Shown piece by piece: positions 1 to 13,779 of a DNA stretch of 64,000 nt (within the stretch, counting starts at the first letter, position 1; each line of letters starts with the position of its first letter). A program made the position numbers and the translations under genes. The notes under the pieces are model-generated. The model did not search any database. It was given only the letters and a program-made list of their open reading frames with translations, and was not told the origin of the DNA. This DNA comes from Lama glama (Eukaryota). The DNA lies in NCBI GenBank assembly GCA_028534125.1, contig CM052816.1, positions 36,334,001 to 36,398,000 of the forward strand, in the 5' to 3' direction.

Positions 1-1150
1 ATATTTATGGATCTGTCTCCTAAGGAAAATGAAACACAAGCAAAAATAAATAAATGGGACCTAACTAAACTTAAAAGCTTTTGCACAGCAAGGAAAACAC
101 TGACAAAATGAAAAGAAAACCTACTGGGAGAAAATATTTGAAAATGTTATGAGTGACAAGAGGTTAATATCCAAAAATATAGGAAAGCTCATATAATTTG
201 ATATCAAAAACACAAACAACCAGATATTAAAAAATGGGCAAAAGATCTAAATAGACATTTTCCCAAAGAAGATATACAGATAGCAAACAAGCACATCAAA
301 AGATGTTCAACATCGATAATCATCACTGAAATGCAAATTAAAGCCACAATGAGATATCACTTTACACCTGTCAGAATGGCTATTGTCAAGAAGACCACAA
401 AAACAAATGTTGGGAGGATATGGAGAAATGGGAACTCCTGTAAATTACTGGTAGGAATTTAAATTGGTGCAGCCACTATGGAAAACAGTATGGAAGTTCC
501 TTAAAAAACTAAAAATACAACTACCATATGATCCAGCAATTCCACTCCTGGGTATATACTGATGAAAATGAAAATACTAATTCAAAAAGATACACGCACC
601 CCAATGTTCACAGAATTATTGACAACAGGCAAAATATGGAAGCAACCTAAGTATCCACCAACAATGAATGGATACAGATGTGATACACACGCACAGAGAG
701 ATACACACACACACAGGAATACTACTCAGCCATAAAAAAGGAATGGAATTTTGCCATTTGCAGCAATATGTATAGATCTGAAGTGTAATATGCTTGGTGA
801 AATAAATCAAAGAAAGATAAATCTGTATGTTATCACTTTAATGTGGAATATAAAAAAATTAAATGAATGCATATAACAAAATAGATGTAAGTTGACAGAT
901 AAAGAGAATAAACTAGTGGTTACCAGTGAGGAAAGGGAAGGGGAAAGGTAAGGTAACAGAAGGGGATTAAGATGTACAAAATACTATGTATAAAATAAGT
1001 AAGCTACAAGTATATATTGCACAGCACAGGAAATATAGCCAATGTTTTAAAATAACTTTAAGTAGAATATAATCTAAATAAACAGTGAATCACTATGTTG
1101 TACAACTGAAACTATTATAATATTGTATATCAACTACACCCTCAGTTTAA
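1..1150 (+). mobile_element. L1 3' part (ORF2 C-terminus + 3'UTR), L1MA9/laurasiatherian-type, decayed
   Basis: Typical L1 ORF2 3' motifs (aaatgggacctaactaaacttaaaagcttttgcacagcaa; ctaccatatgatccagcaattccactcctgggtatat). The 3'UTR ends tattgtatatcaactac...tttaaaa. The element begins before the window. Confidence 0.93.
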
Positions 1151-2529
1151 AACATCTGAAAAATGAAAACAGTATTGTTGGGGGAAGAGACCAAAAAAAA
1201 ATGCAGTTAAGTGCAATCTAATGTTAGTTTCACAGCTACACTGATCAGAAATAATGGTTAGAAAGGTATTTTACACTTTTTACAGATTCACAAATTTTGT
1301 TTAGATTCTCTGTATGCAACTGAATCCTTAGGCTGAACCACCCAAACGAGAACTTCAACCTAATTGAAGGTGATGAGAAAATGAGCATGTAAGAGCTAAC
1401 AATTTCAAACATTTAACTATTTTCTCCCATTTAATAATAACTTGTCATATAATATATTAATAACTATTCCATTTATAGTATTCCTTAAATGAATTTAAGA
1501 TAAATTCCACTGTTTGGGTGGATTTCTGCATGTACTGAAGAAAGGAAGAGGTGTAAACACCTCCAGTTGACCTAAACATTAACCAACTCCAAAAATGGCT
1601 TCTTTTTGGTACCTAGTAATATAGAACTATGTATTTTAGAGAGATTTAAACTTGGTGTGCACAGTTGACATATTTAATACTGGTATCATTGTTTAAATAA
1701 ACTGTTTTTCCCCTACCAACAATTTTTAAAAACATTATTCCTTATTTTTAAATGCATTCTTTAATTTGTTTGACAGGCAGACATGTTGTTTAATAACAGA
1801 ATTTAAAATAATGTCCTTGTGTACAAACAGCAGAAAGGATCTCTAAAATAGGCTCTGGGCAGGACAGCAGCAGGAGGAAGAATGAGTAACGGGAAAAGAG
1901 AATGTCACCTGATGGCTGAGTCATTTTTTTGCTAGTGAAGTTGATGTGGCCCTAAGCAGATTTGGTCATCCATGCTATCAAAATATTTAATCCAAAAGAT
2001 AATTCCAAGGCCATATTGAGGGTATTCTTATTGAGACCAACTTTTATAAACAAAACTGAAGCAGAATTTTGAAAAGTATCAATAAAAAAGGTCATTATAT
2101 GGATCTTGCTTGCAGTGATGTTAAACAGTAAAGTGACTAGCAGGCCAGCAAGAATCTTCATTCCATTCTCTTCTGGGAAGTTTCCTACTTTAACATTAGC
2201 CTCTGTGAACTGAGACAACTCCAGTTCTCACTTTATGTTTTGATTAAGGAGTGTGCATCTGAAAGTCTAAGACTTCAGTTAGGTGACTTGAAAGGTTTTC
2301 AACAAATGATTTCTATTTTTGTGGCCCACAATGGCTGACGTGACATTGCTGGAAGAATGTAATTTTTAAATAGGCAATTGAGAAAGATTTTTCACCCTGA
2401 ACCTCAACTTAAGGTCTAAGTGAAACTTGCTGTTGTGAAATCTATGGTCTGACTGCTTTGAACTATATATAATGTAATTTAGTAACTATGTTGTACCTAG
2501 ATATGGCTCGCTTTACATTTATTCTACTT

Positions 2530-3020
2530 GGAGTTTTTGGAGCTTCTTGATTTTTTCATTAATTTTTTTTCCATCAAATAGGCCATTACTTATTTGACTA
2601 ATTTTTTCCTACTTTTTTCTTCCCTCTCTTTCTGGGACATCCTTTGTACAAATATGAGTATGTTTGATGTTGTCTCACAGTTCATGAAGAATTTTATTTT
2701 TCTTTAGTCTTTTTCTCTCTGTTCTTCAGATCATATCATTTCCATTGATTCATTTTTAAGTTTACTGAATTTTTCTTCAGTCATTTCAAATCTACTTTTG
2801 AGCACATCTAGTTGGGGGGATAGGAGCACCTCCAGACAGGAATGTCCCAGACTTCCACCATTCTTCCTTGAGGTCCAGCAATTTTTCATAAATAAGCATC
2901 TCTACATATGCGGTTTGGTCAGGTTTCAGAGTTCTGAAAGGGTTGTTTTTGACAACATGGTCCAGTTTTATAGTTATTTTTGGAGGAAAGATTGTTGACC
3001 ACTTCATGTCAACATAGCCA
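2530..3020 (-). mobile_element. Old L1M/HAL1-like 5'/ORF1 fragment
   Basis: T-rich antisense L1 ORF1-like sequence (tctctctgttcttcagatcatatcatttccattgat...aaatctacttttgagcacatctag). Confidence 0.6.
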
Positions 3021-3959
3021 TAAATCCTGCCCTCAAATGATTAAATTAAATTGCTTAAGATGTATGTTTAAAATAGTTCAACTCCATTATCTAAGAAAGA
3101 GAAATCAAAATAATAATGAGATACAAATTTGCCTATAAAATTAGCAGGGATTGAAAACTTGCGTATATTGAATGCTGGCAAGAATTCAGGGATACAGGCA
3201 TTCCCAAGTGTTTCTAGTTACAGTACAACATCAAACTTTGCACCTATTTTCTCTTTTTTTATATTATGTTTCCCTGAACCTAAATGTATAAAATGTTTAA
3301 AATTGTTGCTTAGATTGAAAAAAATTGTTACTATGACACATTACAACATGCAAAGAATAATTTAACAGAGTACAGAGTTCAAAGGAAGTCTTTCTCCCAG
3401 GCTTTCACATCCTCTCCCTGCAGGCAATTATGGTTAAGTCTTTCTTGTGATTATTTCCAGAGCTAATCTATTTACATGTCAGTTTAAGTGTCTACAATAT
3501 AAGCTTTCTTTAAAAAAAAAAATACAGACACTTGAATATTCAATATGCAGTGTTCTCCAGCTTGTATTTATCATTAACAAAATATGATAATGACCTATCA
3601 ATGTAGGAAGATACTCTGTATGTAACCACATTCTTTACAATTTTCATTTCAGGAAAACTACAGAATTTTAGCTTTTTTTTTTTTAAACAAGTTTCTACTT
3701 TTGCATACTTAAGAAAATTCTATAATGAACATGTACCAATTTTGTAATGGCAAAATAGACTTTATTATTAAATATGTATGTACTTTGACTTATTAATTTT
3801 ACTTCCATAAATGTATTCTAAGAAATGATTACAAATGAAAAATTATGTATAAATAAGTTTACAGTCAAATAAATGTTAAAATAAGAGTTCTAAACTCTAA
3901 ATTTACTGACTATATACAATGTGGCTTATTCATTTGAAAGATATTTAAGCAGCAATCAA

Positions 3960-4140
3960 AATGATAATAGTAGCTAATGTTTTATTAAATACTATTATTC
4001 CATGCCTTGCACTGTTCTAAAATCTTTAAATGTATTACCACTTTTCATTATAAGAATAATTCTGTGAGATAGGGGCTTTACTTTTTCTTCATTTTATAAA
4101 TGAGAAAACTGAAGCACAGAAAAGTTAATTAATTTGCCCT
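3960..4140 (-). mobile_element. MIR SINE
   Basis: Antisense MIR core: cattttataaatgagaaaactgaagcacagaaaagttaattaatttgccc, preceded by atagtagctaatgttttatt. Confidence 0.85.
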
Positions 4141-4177
4141 ATGAAAAGTTTGTAAGGATATGCAAAAATACTTATGT

Positions 4178-4612
4178 TGTCTTAGGGTCAGGTTCCCCAG
4201 AGAAGAAATTTTGAAATCATGCAGGAAGAGGGTGCACCCAAGAGGATCAACACCCGAAGGGAAGCAGAGGAAACAGAGTCAAAATGTGATGAAGATACTG
4301 GGTGGTCACAATGAAGGTCTCAGCAGACCCTGCTGAGAGCTCTGGAGCTGGGGTGGCCCTTCAGGAAACTCCTGAATTGAAGTAATAGGGCTGAGCCTTT
4401 GTACCCTGCAGCAAACATGAACAGTCAATAGCAGATGAGTGTGACAGCAGAATAAGAGGTGTGATTCCAGCAAGTCTGCTTCCAGTGGCTGGGGGCATCT
4501 CCCTGAGGGTGCCTCACCTGAGCTCTGCTACCTGCCAACTCTCCTAGCATTTGAGGAAATTAGTGCCTCAGTCCACAAGGGGGATCTAGGTGGTATACAG
4601 AGCAGCTACTGC
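4178..4612 (-). mobile_element. ERVL solo LTR, LTR16 family
   Basis: Starts tgtcttagggtcaggttcccc (reverse complement of the LTR16-type 3' end). Contains gagctctggagctggggtggcccttcag. Confidence 0.7.
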
Positions 4613-6109
4613 ACATATGATCATAAATCACTTAAATCCATATAGGGTCAAAATAAAAAAATATTTATACATGTATAAATATTTATCAATACATGTATAA
4701 ATATTTGTATTTTTTAGCCCATATTGATGTACTATGTACACATACACACACACATATATATGTATACTTAGAATGAAAAGAAAATATGCTTTCATGATAA
4801 GAAATGATTTTTTTCTAATTTAAATTACCTCTTTTACAAGTATAAATATTTTAAAATAAATGGTTCCTCTCAAAACTTCCTTCAGCTTGGTAAATGTAAA
4901 AAATTTCAAGTGTGTAAGATTTTCCTAATGCATATATTGGAGTATATAAGACAAATGTGGTATCAATGGAAAGAAAACTAGGGTTTAAAAAGACTATTAA
5001 TTCCTCATTTGAATAAAAATGATAACTACAGTTTTATGTCAGGGATAAGAACATTACAAGAATATGTGTACTTATGAAAGTTTCATATAATAGAATGTAA
5101 CTTTCTTATATTACTGTTGAGAAGTTCTGTAATTAGAATAACCCCTTTCAGCCCAAAACTTCAAAGACAAAATCCATTCACAGTTTCACAATATGAAGTA
5201 TATGCAATTTGCTTCTTGAATTACTCTAACAGACTTCTAAAATTTCAGCTTTTCATTTCTTCATTTTTGCATTCTCTTTTCCATGGAAAAGAGTAAAGAG
5301 AGTCAAGAAAAAGAATAAAGGAAACTGGAGTCAGGAGGATAAAATCCTCAAGATTCACAATGGAAATGGCTGCTTCTGGGTGTGTCAAGAGTACAATTTA
5401 GCACATCTTCTGGGCAGCTTTCAATATTCCTGACCAGCACCAAGGTGCCAACTGCAGATTGCCTCTGGCCATTGCAGGGATCATTTCCACAAATATAAAC
5501 TGGTCTTTTACAATTTTCTCATCTTTGCTCTGAGCTCTCTCTCGTGTGCTCTAATCTTAGGAGATCCAATATTAAGTTGACACAGTAACTTTTGGCAGTC
5601 TTTTCCTGTATTCTTTTTGGTGTTCTTAAAGCCACTGCTTCCTTTTAATACAATTTAATGTCTCCATATCATTGTTGTGCTGGGCATCTTTGGGAATCTA
5701 GGAAAGTAGGTGAGGGCTTATTAATCTGACCCCCTCAAGATAATGCTTAAGCAGTAGCTTGGAGGGACATACGTGATGAGAGCAGGAAAGTTTCAGAAGT
5801 CACATTCCTGGGTAATAACATATTACATTTTGCAGACACCCAGGATATAACAGTTCATGGAATTTTTATGTTTAGGGATTTCTCCACTTCAGGAATTCTG
5901 AAGGGGCAAGTCTTCAAGCTCATAAGAGATAAAAATCCTACAGCACACACATCTGACCTGAGGTCTGTCAAGCAGACTCACCTTTGTCAGACCTGGACTT
6001 GGGAGTTAACGTCATGACTGAAAAGGGACTGAGAATTTGTTCTCTCTCCTTGGTGGTGACAGTAGTGGTGTAGGTTGAATGGAGTTCCCGGGGCAGGGTG
6101 CTGTCAGAG

Positions 6110-6470
6110 GTACTTGCTGTGGTCACTGATGCTCCCCCTTTGGGATATACAGCAGGCTGACTCTTGCTGGCTTCCCTGCAGTTGGGTAGAGATATGTGAC
6201 TAGTCCTGACCAAGGACTTGTGAGCAGAAATGACAGCGTCATTTCTGGCTCTGGTGCTTAGAGCTGATGTGAGGGTCTCTGGAGCTCCTCCCCTCTGCCA
6301 CAGTAAACAGTAAAATTCTAGACACTGGCTTCTATCAGCCTGGGTCCCAGAGTGGGGAGAATGTAGAGCAGAGATGCCTGTGATCTGTCATGGGGAAGTA
6401 GTGTGAGTAAGAAGAAGTCTTTGCTGTTTTAGGTGACAAAATAACCGTGAGCATCATGACTGATGCAGGA
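6110..6470 (+). mobile_element. MaLR LTR, MLT1I/J-like
   Basis: ccctgcagttgggtagagatatgtgactagtcctgacca...tgtgagcagaaatgac...cagcctgggtcccagagtg...tgtgagtaagaagaagtctttgctgtttta. Confidence 0.75.
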
Positions 6471-7389
6471 GCCACCACAGCAGTGTCCGTGCTGTGAAAG
6501 TGACAGCTGAGCCAATTGATATCTGGCTAGTATACTTATCCAAGCAGTTTAAAAACTTTTTAAAAAGTATGATTTTGGGCTATTTCCAAAAATAGTCTTT
6601 AGCCTTGTTCTTCATCCTTTTCAATATTTCTGTGAACTTCTGTGCATCTTTCATACACTCCTTTTTGTCTCAAACTGCCAGATACAACACAACTCCCAAA
6701 CAGCTTGGACTCCTTCAGGATTCTGCTATGAATTTCTCTTCCAAAAACCTGTATCAAATTTTTGGAAGCTATTGATTTTTACAATCTAAACCTCCTCTCA
6801 AGAGTAACAAATTTCAAAAATGTGCTAAATGTATAAAACCTGTGCAGGGTATTTACCCCTAACTTTATTACTTTCAACCTCCAAGGGTTTATCTTACTTC
6901 TGTGCAATAACATTTGCTGAATAAGTAAGCATTCACCCCTGTTTTTCTTAATTGTGCTATTACCCTCAGAAATATCCCTTCTTACATTCTGCTGTCCAGA
7001 TTAAGCCAGCCTGATCTCATTAAACTGACCATTTCAGATGGGTCCCAGGAGGTTCAAGGACTGTGTTGGCCACTAAAGATCAAGTCCATTCAACTTTCCC
7101 ACCCCACTACTGCCAGCCAGGAGTGTGTAAACCCTGGGAAGCGTGGAGCACGCCTTCTCATTGTGCCGTGCCATCTTACTCTCTAGGAAGTCAAGTTTGC
7201 ACAGGTTAACATCTCATGTTTCTTCCAACTCTAAAGTTTGAGAATGTCTTTCTTTTCTAAGTAACAACTGGCAGCTTAGAACTCATCCTACTGTAAACAT
7301 AGTTTTGTGGGCTTTTATTTTCTAATTTTACCTTTGTTCATTTTGAAGTAAAGGTGGCTCCTTGGGCCTTGAGTGCTTTCTTAATGGAG

Positions 7390-7589
7390 CAGAGTTCCTC
7401 ACTTGTGGCACTATTAAATTTGGGGCCAGATAATTTTTTGTTGCAGGGAGAGGGGCTGAATGTGTAGGAGCATCCTACCTCTACCTGCTAGATGCCAGTA
7501 GCACCCTCAAGCTGGTGATGACCAAAATTGTGTCTAGACATCAGTGAACATTCCCCAGGGGGCAAAACTGTCCCAGATGAAGATCAGTG
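7390..7589 (-). mobile_element. MER20 hAT-Charlie non-autonomous DNA transposon
   Basis: ggcactattaaatttggggccagataatttt...ctagatgccagtagcaccc...gaccaaaattgtgtctagacat...ccccagggggcaaaa matches the reverse complement of the MER20 consensus. Confidence 0.9.
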
Positions 7590-9889
7590 CGTTAAGAGTA
7601 TCCCCATTTGCATTGTACCTCCATTTTACTTTTTTAAAAGAGCTATTTCGGCTTTAAACTTAAGAATCTCACTCTGTAATGTCTCTTCTAGATAATTCAT
7701 AAAATATTAATGTTAATCCCAAGTATAGGAAATAGCAACATAATCTCTCATTTCAATTACTACTAAACTTCTATCATTGTACAGAGTTGGTCATGGGCTA
7801 TATGCAAACAATTACAGTTTTTAAAACTGAAACATCATGTTACCCTGTCTCCATTTCAAACATTCACAGTAAACTCCTTTACAGAATTTTAGCACTATCA
7901 AACTACTTTAAATCTCAACGGTAAGTTAATTCTTTTTTTTTTTTCCTTAAAAAATACAGTATTCCATCCCAGAGATTTAAAGTGTTGTGTCCTGTCTGAA
8001 CAGAGTAAGAAGAATTAAGCTTTTCATTACTCTGTGAATTTAGTGATCACACCATTTTTGGTGATAAAATCTCTGTTGTTAGAAGAATTTATTTATTACT
8101 TTTCTCTGTTCCTACTTACGTTCTTTAACCTGGAGGTCACTGCTATTCAAAGCGTAATAGTTAGCAGGGGCCCAGAGTGACAGCTGACAGATTTGTTTGC
8201 ATGGTAGTACATGTACGTGTGTGTCCGTGTGTGTGTGTGGAGGGGAAGATGTCCCCATACATCTAGTCACCCTATGCTTTTTTATTTTTTGGGTGCAAGA
8301 GACAGATGTCCACCCTGATAATATTTTACTGATAACCCTGTGGCTGGAAATTGACTTGCTACCTATGATAAAGTGAAAATGAGGCCGAGTCAGATAAAGA
8401 GGAAATGAAATAGTCTGTAGAGAAGAAAATGAGCACGAAGTCAATAGGTGAGAAAGAAGGCTACGGCACAGTGATTCAGGATTATTTGATCAATGCAGGG
8501 GAAATGCAGAGGGAAATAGCAAGCCACCCAGTTGCTTAGTACGCTATCTACACATCAGTCAGATAGCTGTCTGTGAAATGATTAGCTATTTCAGTGTTGA
8601 GTGGGTGATGCTGTAGTGAGAAAAGCAGGAGATGTGAATGAACCAAAACAACTCAGGTCATGAGACAGCTGTATGGATAGACGCTATTTGGATCAGCAAA
8701 CTACTCCTAACAAAAAAAGTGTGAAATTACGATTTTAACATTATTAGTATCAGTACTGCCCTTCAGTATTATATACAGTTCACATTACTTTAAGAATAAA
8801 CAGTAAATTGAAGGGAGAGCAAAGGCAGAAGACAAAAGAAGCAGGGCTTCCTTGAAAGTACAAGCATAGGTTTAAAAATTAATGAGCAGGCAGATGTCAA
8901 AAGAAAGCGGGAACTTGAATGGGACGGTTACTGTGAAGCAGACAGACCCTTGTGATCTGTCCAGGCCTGCCTATCACTAATAGCCGCCTCTCTGAGTCTT
9001 CTTAGAGTCTCTTCACTATTATCTTTTGAAAGTGGTATTTGCTTTTATTTAAGTCTGGCTCAGGCACATATTTGAACTCAATTTATTTTTTGCTCTGTCA
9101 AACTTAAAAAGAGCTGCTTTGTTTTGGTCTCTCATGAGTTTTGAAATATTTTCATCATATGCCTGAAGATATGTTTTACACAGCAGGTGTTAAGGATCCA
9201 ATAAGGTCTGTTGGACAAATGATTCATAAATATGTGTTCGCAGGCTGTACAATAGTTGAATAGAACCACACAGATGGAGCCACCCTATTCTATTGAGGAA
9301 GTGGTATGTGTTTTTGTAGAAACTGTGATACACATGGTTTTTAGCCAAGGAGCCAGACTCTGCGAAAGTTTTTGGAATAATTTACTTATGTTGTACTGAT
9401 TTGTTCAGTGGGAGTGTGATGTAAATATACCCTTATTGCACATTACAGAAAGGCCTGGAGGGTCTTAATAAAAGAAATTTGAGACTTCTTAGGGTAATTC
9501 TGAGAAGAATATAGATAAAATGAATGCTACTGATGAAAAAGATGTTATCTGGTATTTTTAAAGTGACGAAGATTAAGAAGTAAGCTTGAATACTTGGGTG
9601 AAGGGTATGTTTTACATCAAATAGATGATGACTAAAGACCAGATTTTGATTTCAACACATTCCATTTTGTACAAATGTCACACTGGTGAGCAGGAGACAA
9701 CTGTTTTCTGAAAGCCTTGGAGATGGGGTTATCCAGGGCCTCTCTCAATCATATTTTAGCTAAAAATTGGTAACTGAAATGACAGGATTTTAGTACCCAT
9801 ACATTGCATCCTATGAAGCAGCGTTCTGATTTTGATGGTACTTAAAAAGCCTGAAAGCCCATGTCCCCTCATTTACATGAAAATGCTCT

Positions 9890-11110
9890 TTTGTTTACTA
9901 ACACATTTCCCAGGGCATCCCATCATCAGGCAGGCACTCACAAGGATGGGAGATCAGTGAAGAGACCCACAGAGCCTGATGTGAGAAGGCATTGAATGCT
10001 AGGAGAAGCAGCTCAGCTTTTATTCTACATGCTTAGGGGACCCACCAAGCAAAGGAATGGCAGGATCACAGGTGGGCTTCACGATGATGCCAGCAGAACT
10101 AAGAAGGCATTTGAGGAGAGAGAATGAGCACAGTGAAATTACTTAGTGGTGTTCTTCCTGACTGAGGTCAGATAACTGTACACACAAGTTCACTGAATGA
10201 CCAACAAAAGCAGATCACAAGTGCCCTCATGCTGTTCAGTGCATTTGCTTAAGACCCCCTTGCACATACTGTACCTGCGCAACCCAGATTTCAATCCTGA
10301 GTTTCTCCTTCTTGCCTCTGGACTGTCTGTATCCCAGTTTCGAGACCTCTGGATAATTTTTTTCTCCAAAAGACTTGACGTTTTCCTCTCCTACAAGGCT
10401 ACCCACCATGCAAACCCCCTTGCCAGTCGCCTGGATTGTTCTTCAGTCTCAAATCCCCATGCAGCGGATAGAATTTGGACGATTATAATAATCTTAACAC
10501 TCTAGCTGAGAGGTAATGCGGGCTACAGCAGGGAGTTAATGACTAAGGGGGATATTAGAGTCAGAGCAACAGCACTTGGTGACTAATTTAGTATGAGGGG
10601 CAGGATAAGTAGAAGGCAAATCTCTGATTGTGGCCCTGAAGAATCTAGATGACTATCTGGGGGCCTCAACTGACACTGGAAGACACGAGAGCAACAGGCT
10701 TTTTAAAAAGTTAGTTAAATATTCAGCATGTTAAGTTCGAGGTACCTGTGACATATTTTGGTAGAGTTGTGCGAGAAATTCTTATGGAAGACCACATTTA
10801 GATAGACAGATATGCAAGTGATTTTTAGACATAAAAGGTGAAACAACTGGAGAGCTGATATTTGCCATAGGAAAGTGTAGAGTAGGAAGACAGAAGGCCA
10901 ACGAAGGATACTTGAGTTTATTCACCCTTAACTGTTTATGAGAAGGACAGATATCGGCAAAGAAATTCCAGGAGGATTCAGAGAGGCACGAGAAGAGGCA
11001 GGAGTGAGGAGAGAAGGAAAGTGGAATACTGCGTATCCTTGTTCTTCTTAATAAAAAGCGTATAAAATCGTCTGCTGTGGAGGGAGCCAAGAACGAAATA
11101 CACTGCCATG
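9890..11110 (-). mobile_element. Fragmented L2 LINE
   Basis: Purine-rich antisense L2 motifs (cagcacttggtgactaatt; catgttaagttcgaggtacctgtgacatat; ggaaagtgtagagtaggaaga). 10200-10480 is unassigned. Confidence 0.6.
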
Positions 11111-11677
11111 GCATTTGACTGAGTAACTCATTGTTTGATGGCTTTCTTTGGTTAATTGTGCTTCTTCTTGGTTAATTGTGTTCTGTTAACTTGAAAGTAA
11201 AGACCAATAAAAAGAAATAAGCACAGTTTCCACTGCACACAGGTGAAGGCAAGCCTTTGATTAGTGACTATAACTCCAGCTTAAGTGTTTGTCACTATTT
11301 TTGACTTCCTTGCTGGATTCATAATTTACATGAAAATATCTAATAGGTGTGCAACTGCTGGATTCCTCAGCTGGCCACTTGATGTTTTTGGAAGCTTCAT
11401 GTCAGTGAATTCTGGACATCCTTCTGTCTACCTCCTCACTTGTGTCTTCCTATTTCAGCTAGGTTTGTATAACTACTTTCCTGGAACCATGTTGCTCTAT
11501 GGTTTAAATGGTCCACCTTAGCAGATGCACATTTTGATTGGTATTCATGGAATTTGAAAGATGAGTGATATGTTTCTGTTTAATAGGTCTTCATGTGAAA
11601 GTGATGAAATTTTTAAAGAAGTTGTTCATATGCTCTTATCTTTTGAACATGAAGGAAGTAAGTATGCACAGGTATGT

Positions 11678-11780
11678 GTGAGAGGGAGGAGGGAGACAGA
11701 TGGTGGGGAGGGAGACAAACAATGACAGGATGGTGGTGTGGGGAGAGAGGGAGGGAGAGGGAGAGGACTGAGAGCAGAGA
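11678..11780 (+). repeat. GA-rich low-complexity tract
   Basis: gagagggagagggagacagatggtggggagggagac...gagagggagggagagggagagg. Confidence 0.8.
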
Positions 11781-12038
11781 GTAGTCTGATGGGGTTTCAA
11801 TTCAGTCTTTTTGGGACTAAGACAAACTGATCAATCACCTGAGTGTTCTAATGACATTTTAATCAGATTTTTCTTTATTTCTCCATGCTTAGTTTTATGC
11901 ATTGCCTCTGGCCTGGAAAAGTTAATACTATTTCCAGAGGGTCTAATTGAGAAAACTAATGAATATTAGACCTTATGGGAATTAGACTCAATAGGAGATA
12001 AATTCTTATTCCTTTAATGTTTCTTCTTTATATATGAG

Positions 12039-12237
12039 AATAAGGAGACAGGATTTTATTACAATAACAAAACATTCACATACCACCAAAAGATTACTCC
12101 CATTCTTCAAAATAGCATCATCAGATGTGCATGACACATACAATTTTTAAACTAGAGTTGATACTAATAACACTTTGTGCATTAAAATATTTGACATGGA
12201 TGGAAATTATGTACCCATAAAACTATGTATTGGTCAG
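12039..12237 (+). repeat. 199-bp exact direct repeat, copy 1 (contig overlap)
   Basis: aataaggagacagg...ctatgtattggtcag is identical to 41869-42067 and ends exactly at the first gap. Confidence 0.97.
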
Positions 12238-12737
12238 NNNNNNNNNNNNNNNNNNNNNNNNNNNNNNNNNNNNNNNNNNNNNNNNNNNNNNNNNNNNNNN
12301 NNNNNNNNNNNNNNNNNNNNNNNNNNNNNNNNNNNNNNNNNNNNNNNNNNNNNNNNNNNNNNNNNNNNNNNNNNNNNNNNNNNNNNNNNNNNNNNNNNNN
12401 NNNNNNNNNNNNNNNNNNNNNNNNNNNNNNNNNNNNNNNNNNNNNNNNNNNNNNNNNNNNNNNNNNNNNNNNNNNNNNNNNNNNNNNNNNNNNNNNNNNN
12501 NNNNNNNNNNNNNNNNNNNNNNNNNNNNNNNNNNNNNNNNNNNNNNNNNNNNNNNNNNNNNNNNNNNNNNNNNNNNNNNNNNNNNNNNNNNNNNNNNNNN
12601 NNNNNNNNNNNNNNNNNNNNNNNNNNNNNNNNNNNNNNNNNNNNNNNNNNNNNNNNNNNNNNNNNNNNNNNNNNNNNNNNNNNNNNNNNNNNNNNNNNNN
12701 NNNNNNNNNNNNNNNNNNNNNNNNNNNNNNNNNNNNN
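12238..12737. other. Assembly gap (500 N)
   Basis: Exactly 500 N, a fixed-size scaffolding gap. Confidence 0.99.
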
Positions 12738-12875
12738 TTATGATAACTCACAGAGAAAAAAATGTGACAATGAGTGTGTATATGTCCATGAATGACTGAA
12801 AAATTGTGCTGAACACTGGAATTCGACACAACATTGTAAAATGATTATAAATCAATAAAAAATGTTAAAAAAAAA
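12738..12875 (+). mobile_element. Young L1 3' end with poly(A), camelid-type, truncated by the gap
   Basis: ...tgtgacaatgagtgtgtatatgtccatgaatgactgaaaaattgtgctgaacactggaattcgacacaacattgtaaaatgattataaatcaataaaaaatgtt followed by an A-tail. Confidence 0.88.
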
Positions 12876-13779
12876 GAGTTAGAAAAATATAAAATCCAAA
12901 AAAAATGCAAACTACTTGAAGGTTTTAGTAGCTTTATCTCAGCAGTACATAGAAGTAATAGGTAAGATTTGAAAGTGGCTGCTCTCCTAAGAAGCACTGG
13001 GTTTGTGAGAGGACAGCAGGGAATTTCAACTATATATAGATACATGTGCCTTTAAGTACTATTTTATTTTTTAATGACAATTATATATTTGATAAACCTA
13101 AATATTAATTTAAATTATGTCTTTGAAATAATTACTTCTCAGAATGACAGGAGAAATATTGGAGAATATTGCTTATCATAATGCTGTATATTGTCTGGAG
13201 ATAAAGTATTAAAATCCATGCCAACCTGCTTCCCTCTGAGTGGATTGATTCGTTAATGTTTTCCTCATTCATGCTTAAATGTAAATAAATATATAGACTT
13301 TATAACAGAAAATAATTAAAATTATGGGTATTTCATAAAAGTTTGTGTTAAGTTTATTCCAAATGAGCAATAAAGTTTAAAATCATGTTTAAACTTATGA
13401 CAAACTGTTAAGCAATTGTCTTTAAAAAGTACCTCATTTTGAGAGAAAAAAAATTTTCTTTCCTTGATAAAATAATATACAGTTTCTTTTACTTTAAAAC
13501 TGTCTTTAATGTTTGGTTTAAATTTTCATTTCTGTGGGCAAGTTCTTAAAATCTCCATGGGCATTAATGAAATTCTAAACTTGTTTCTCATCACTGCATG
13601 CTTTGTCAATGCTTCTTTTTAAGCAACCAGAAGTAAACCAAGTTGCTACAAAATGATGAATTGAGAGAAGACCTAGAACATTTTTTGGTTTTCTTGCCAG
13701 GCACATTTTAATTAAAACTTTAACGTTATTCTTTTTATGAGATATGTGGATGAATTCATGGGAATTTAATTTGATTCTT

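Noticed and set aside
1952..2218. 88-aa hydrophobic ORF, and similar 60-110 aa ORFs throughout the window
   Set aside because: These are expected by chance in AT-rich DNA. There are no recognisable domains, splice structure, promoter or CpG island.
12175..12829. Long ORFs (172-215 aa) here, and similar ones at 41276-41980
   Set aside because: They are open only because they run through N gaps.
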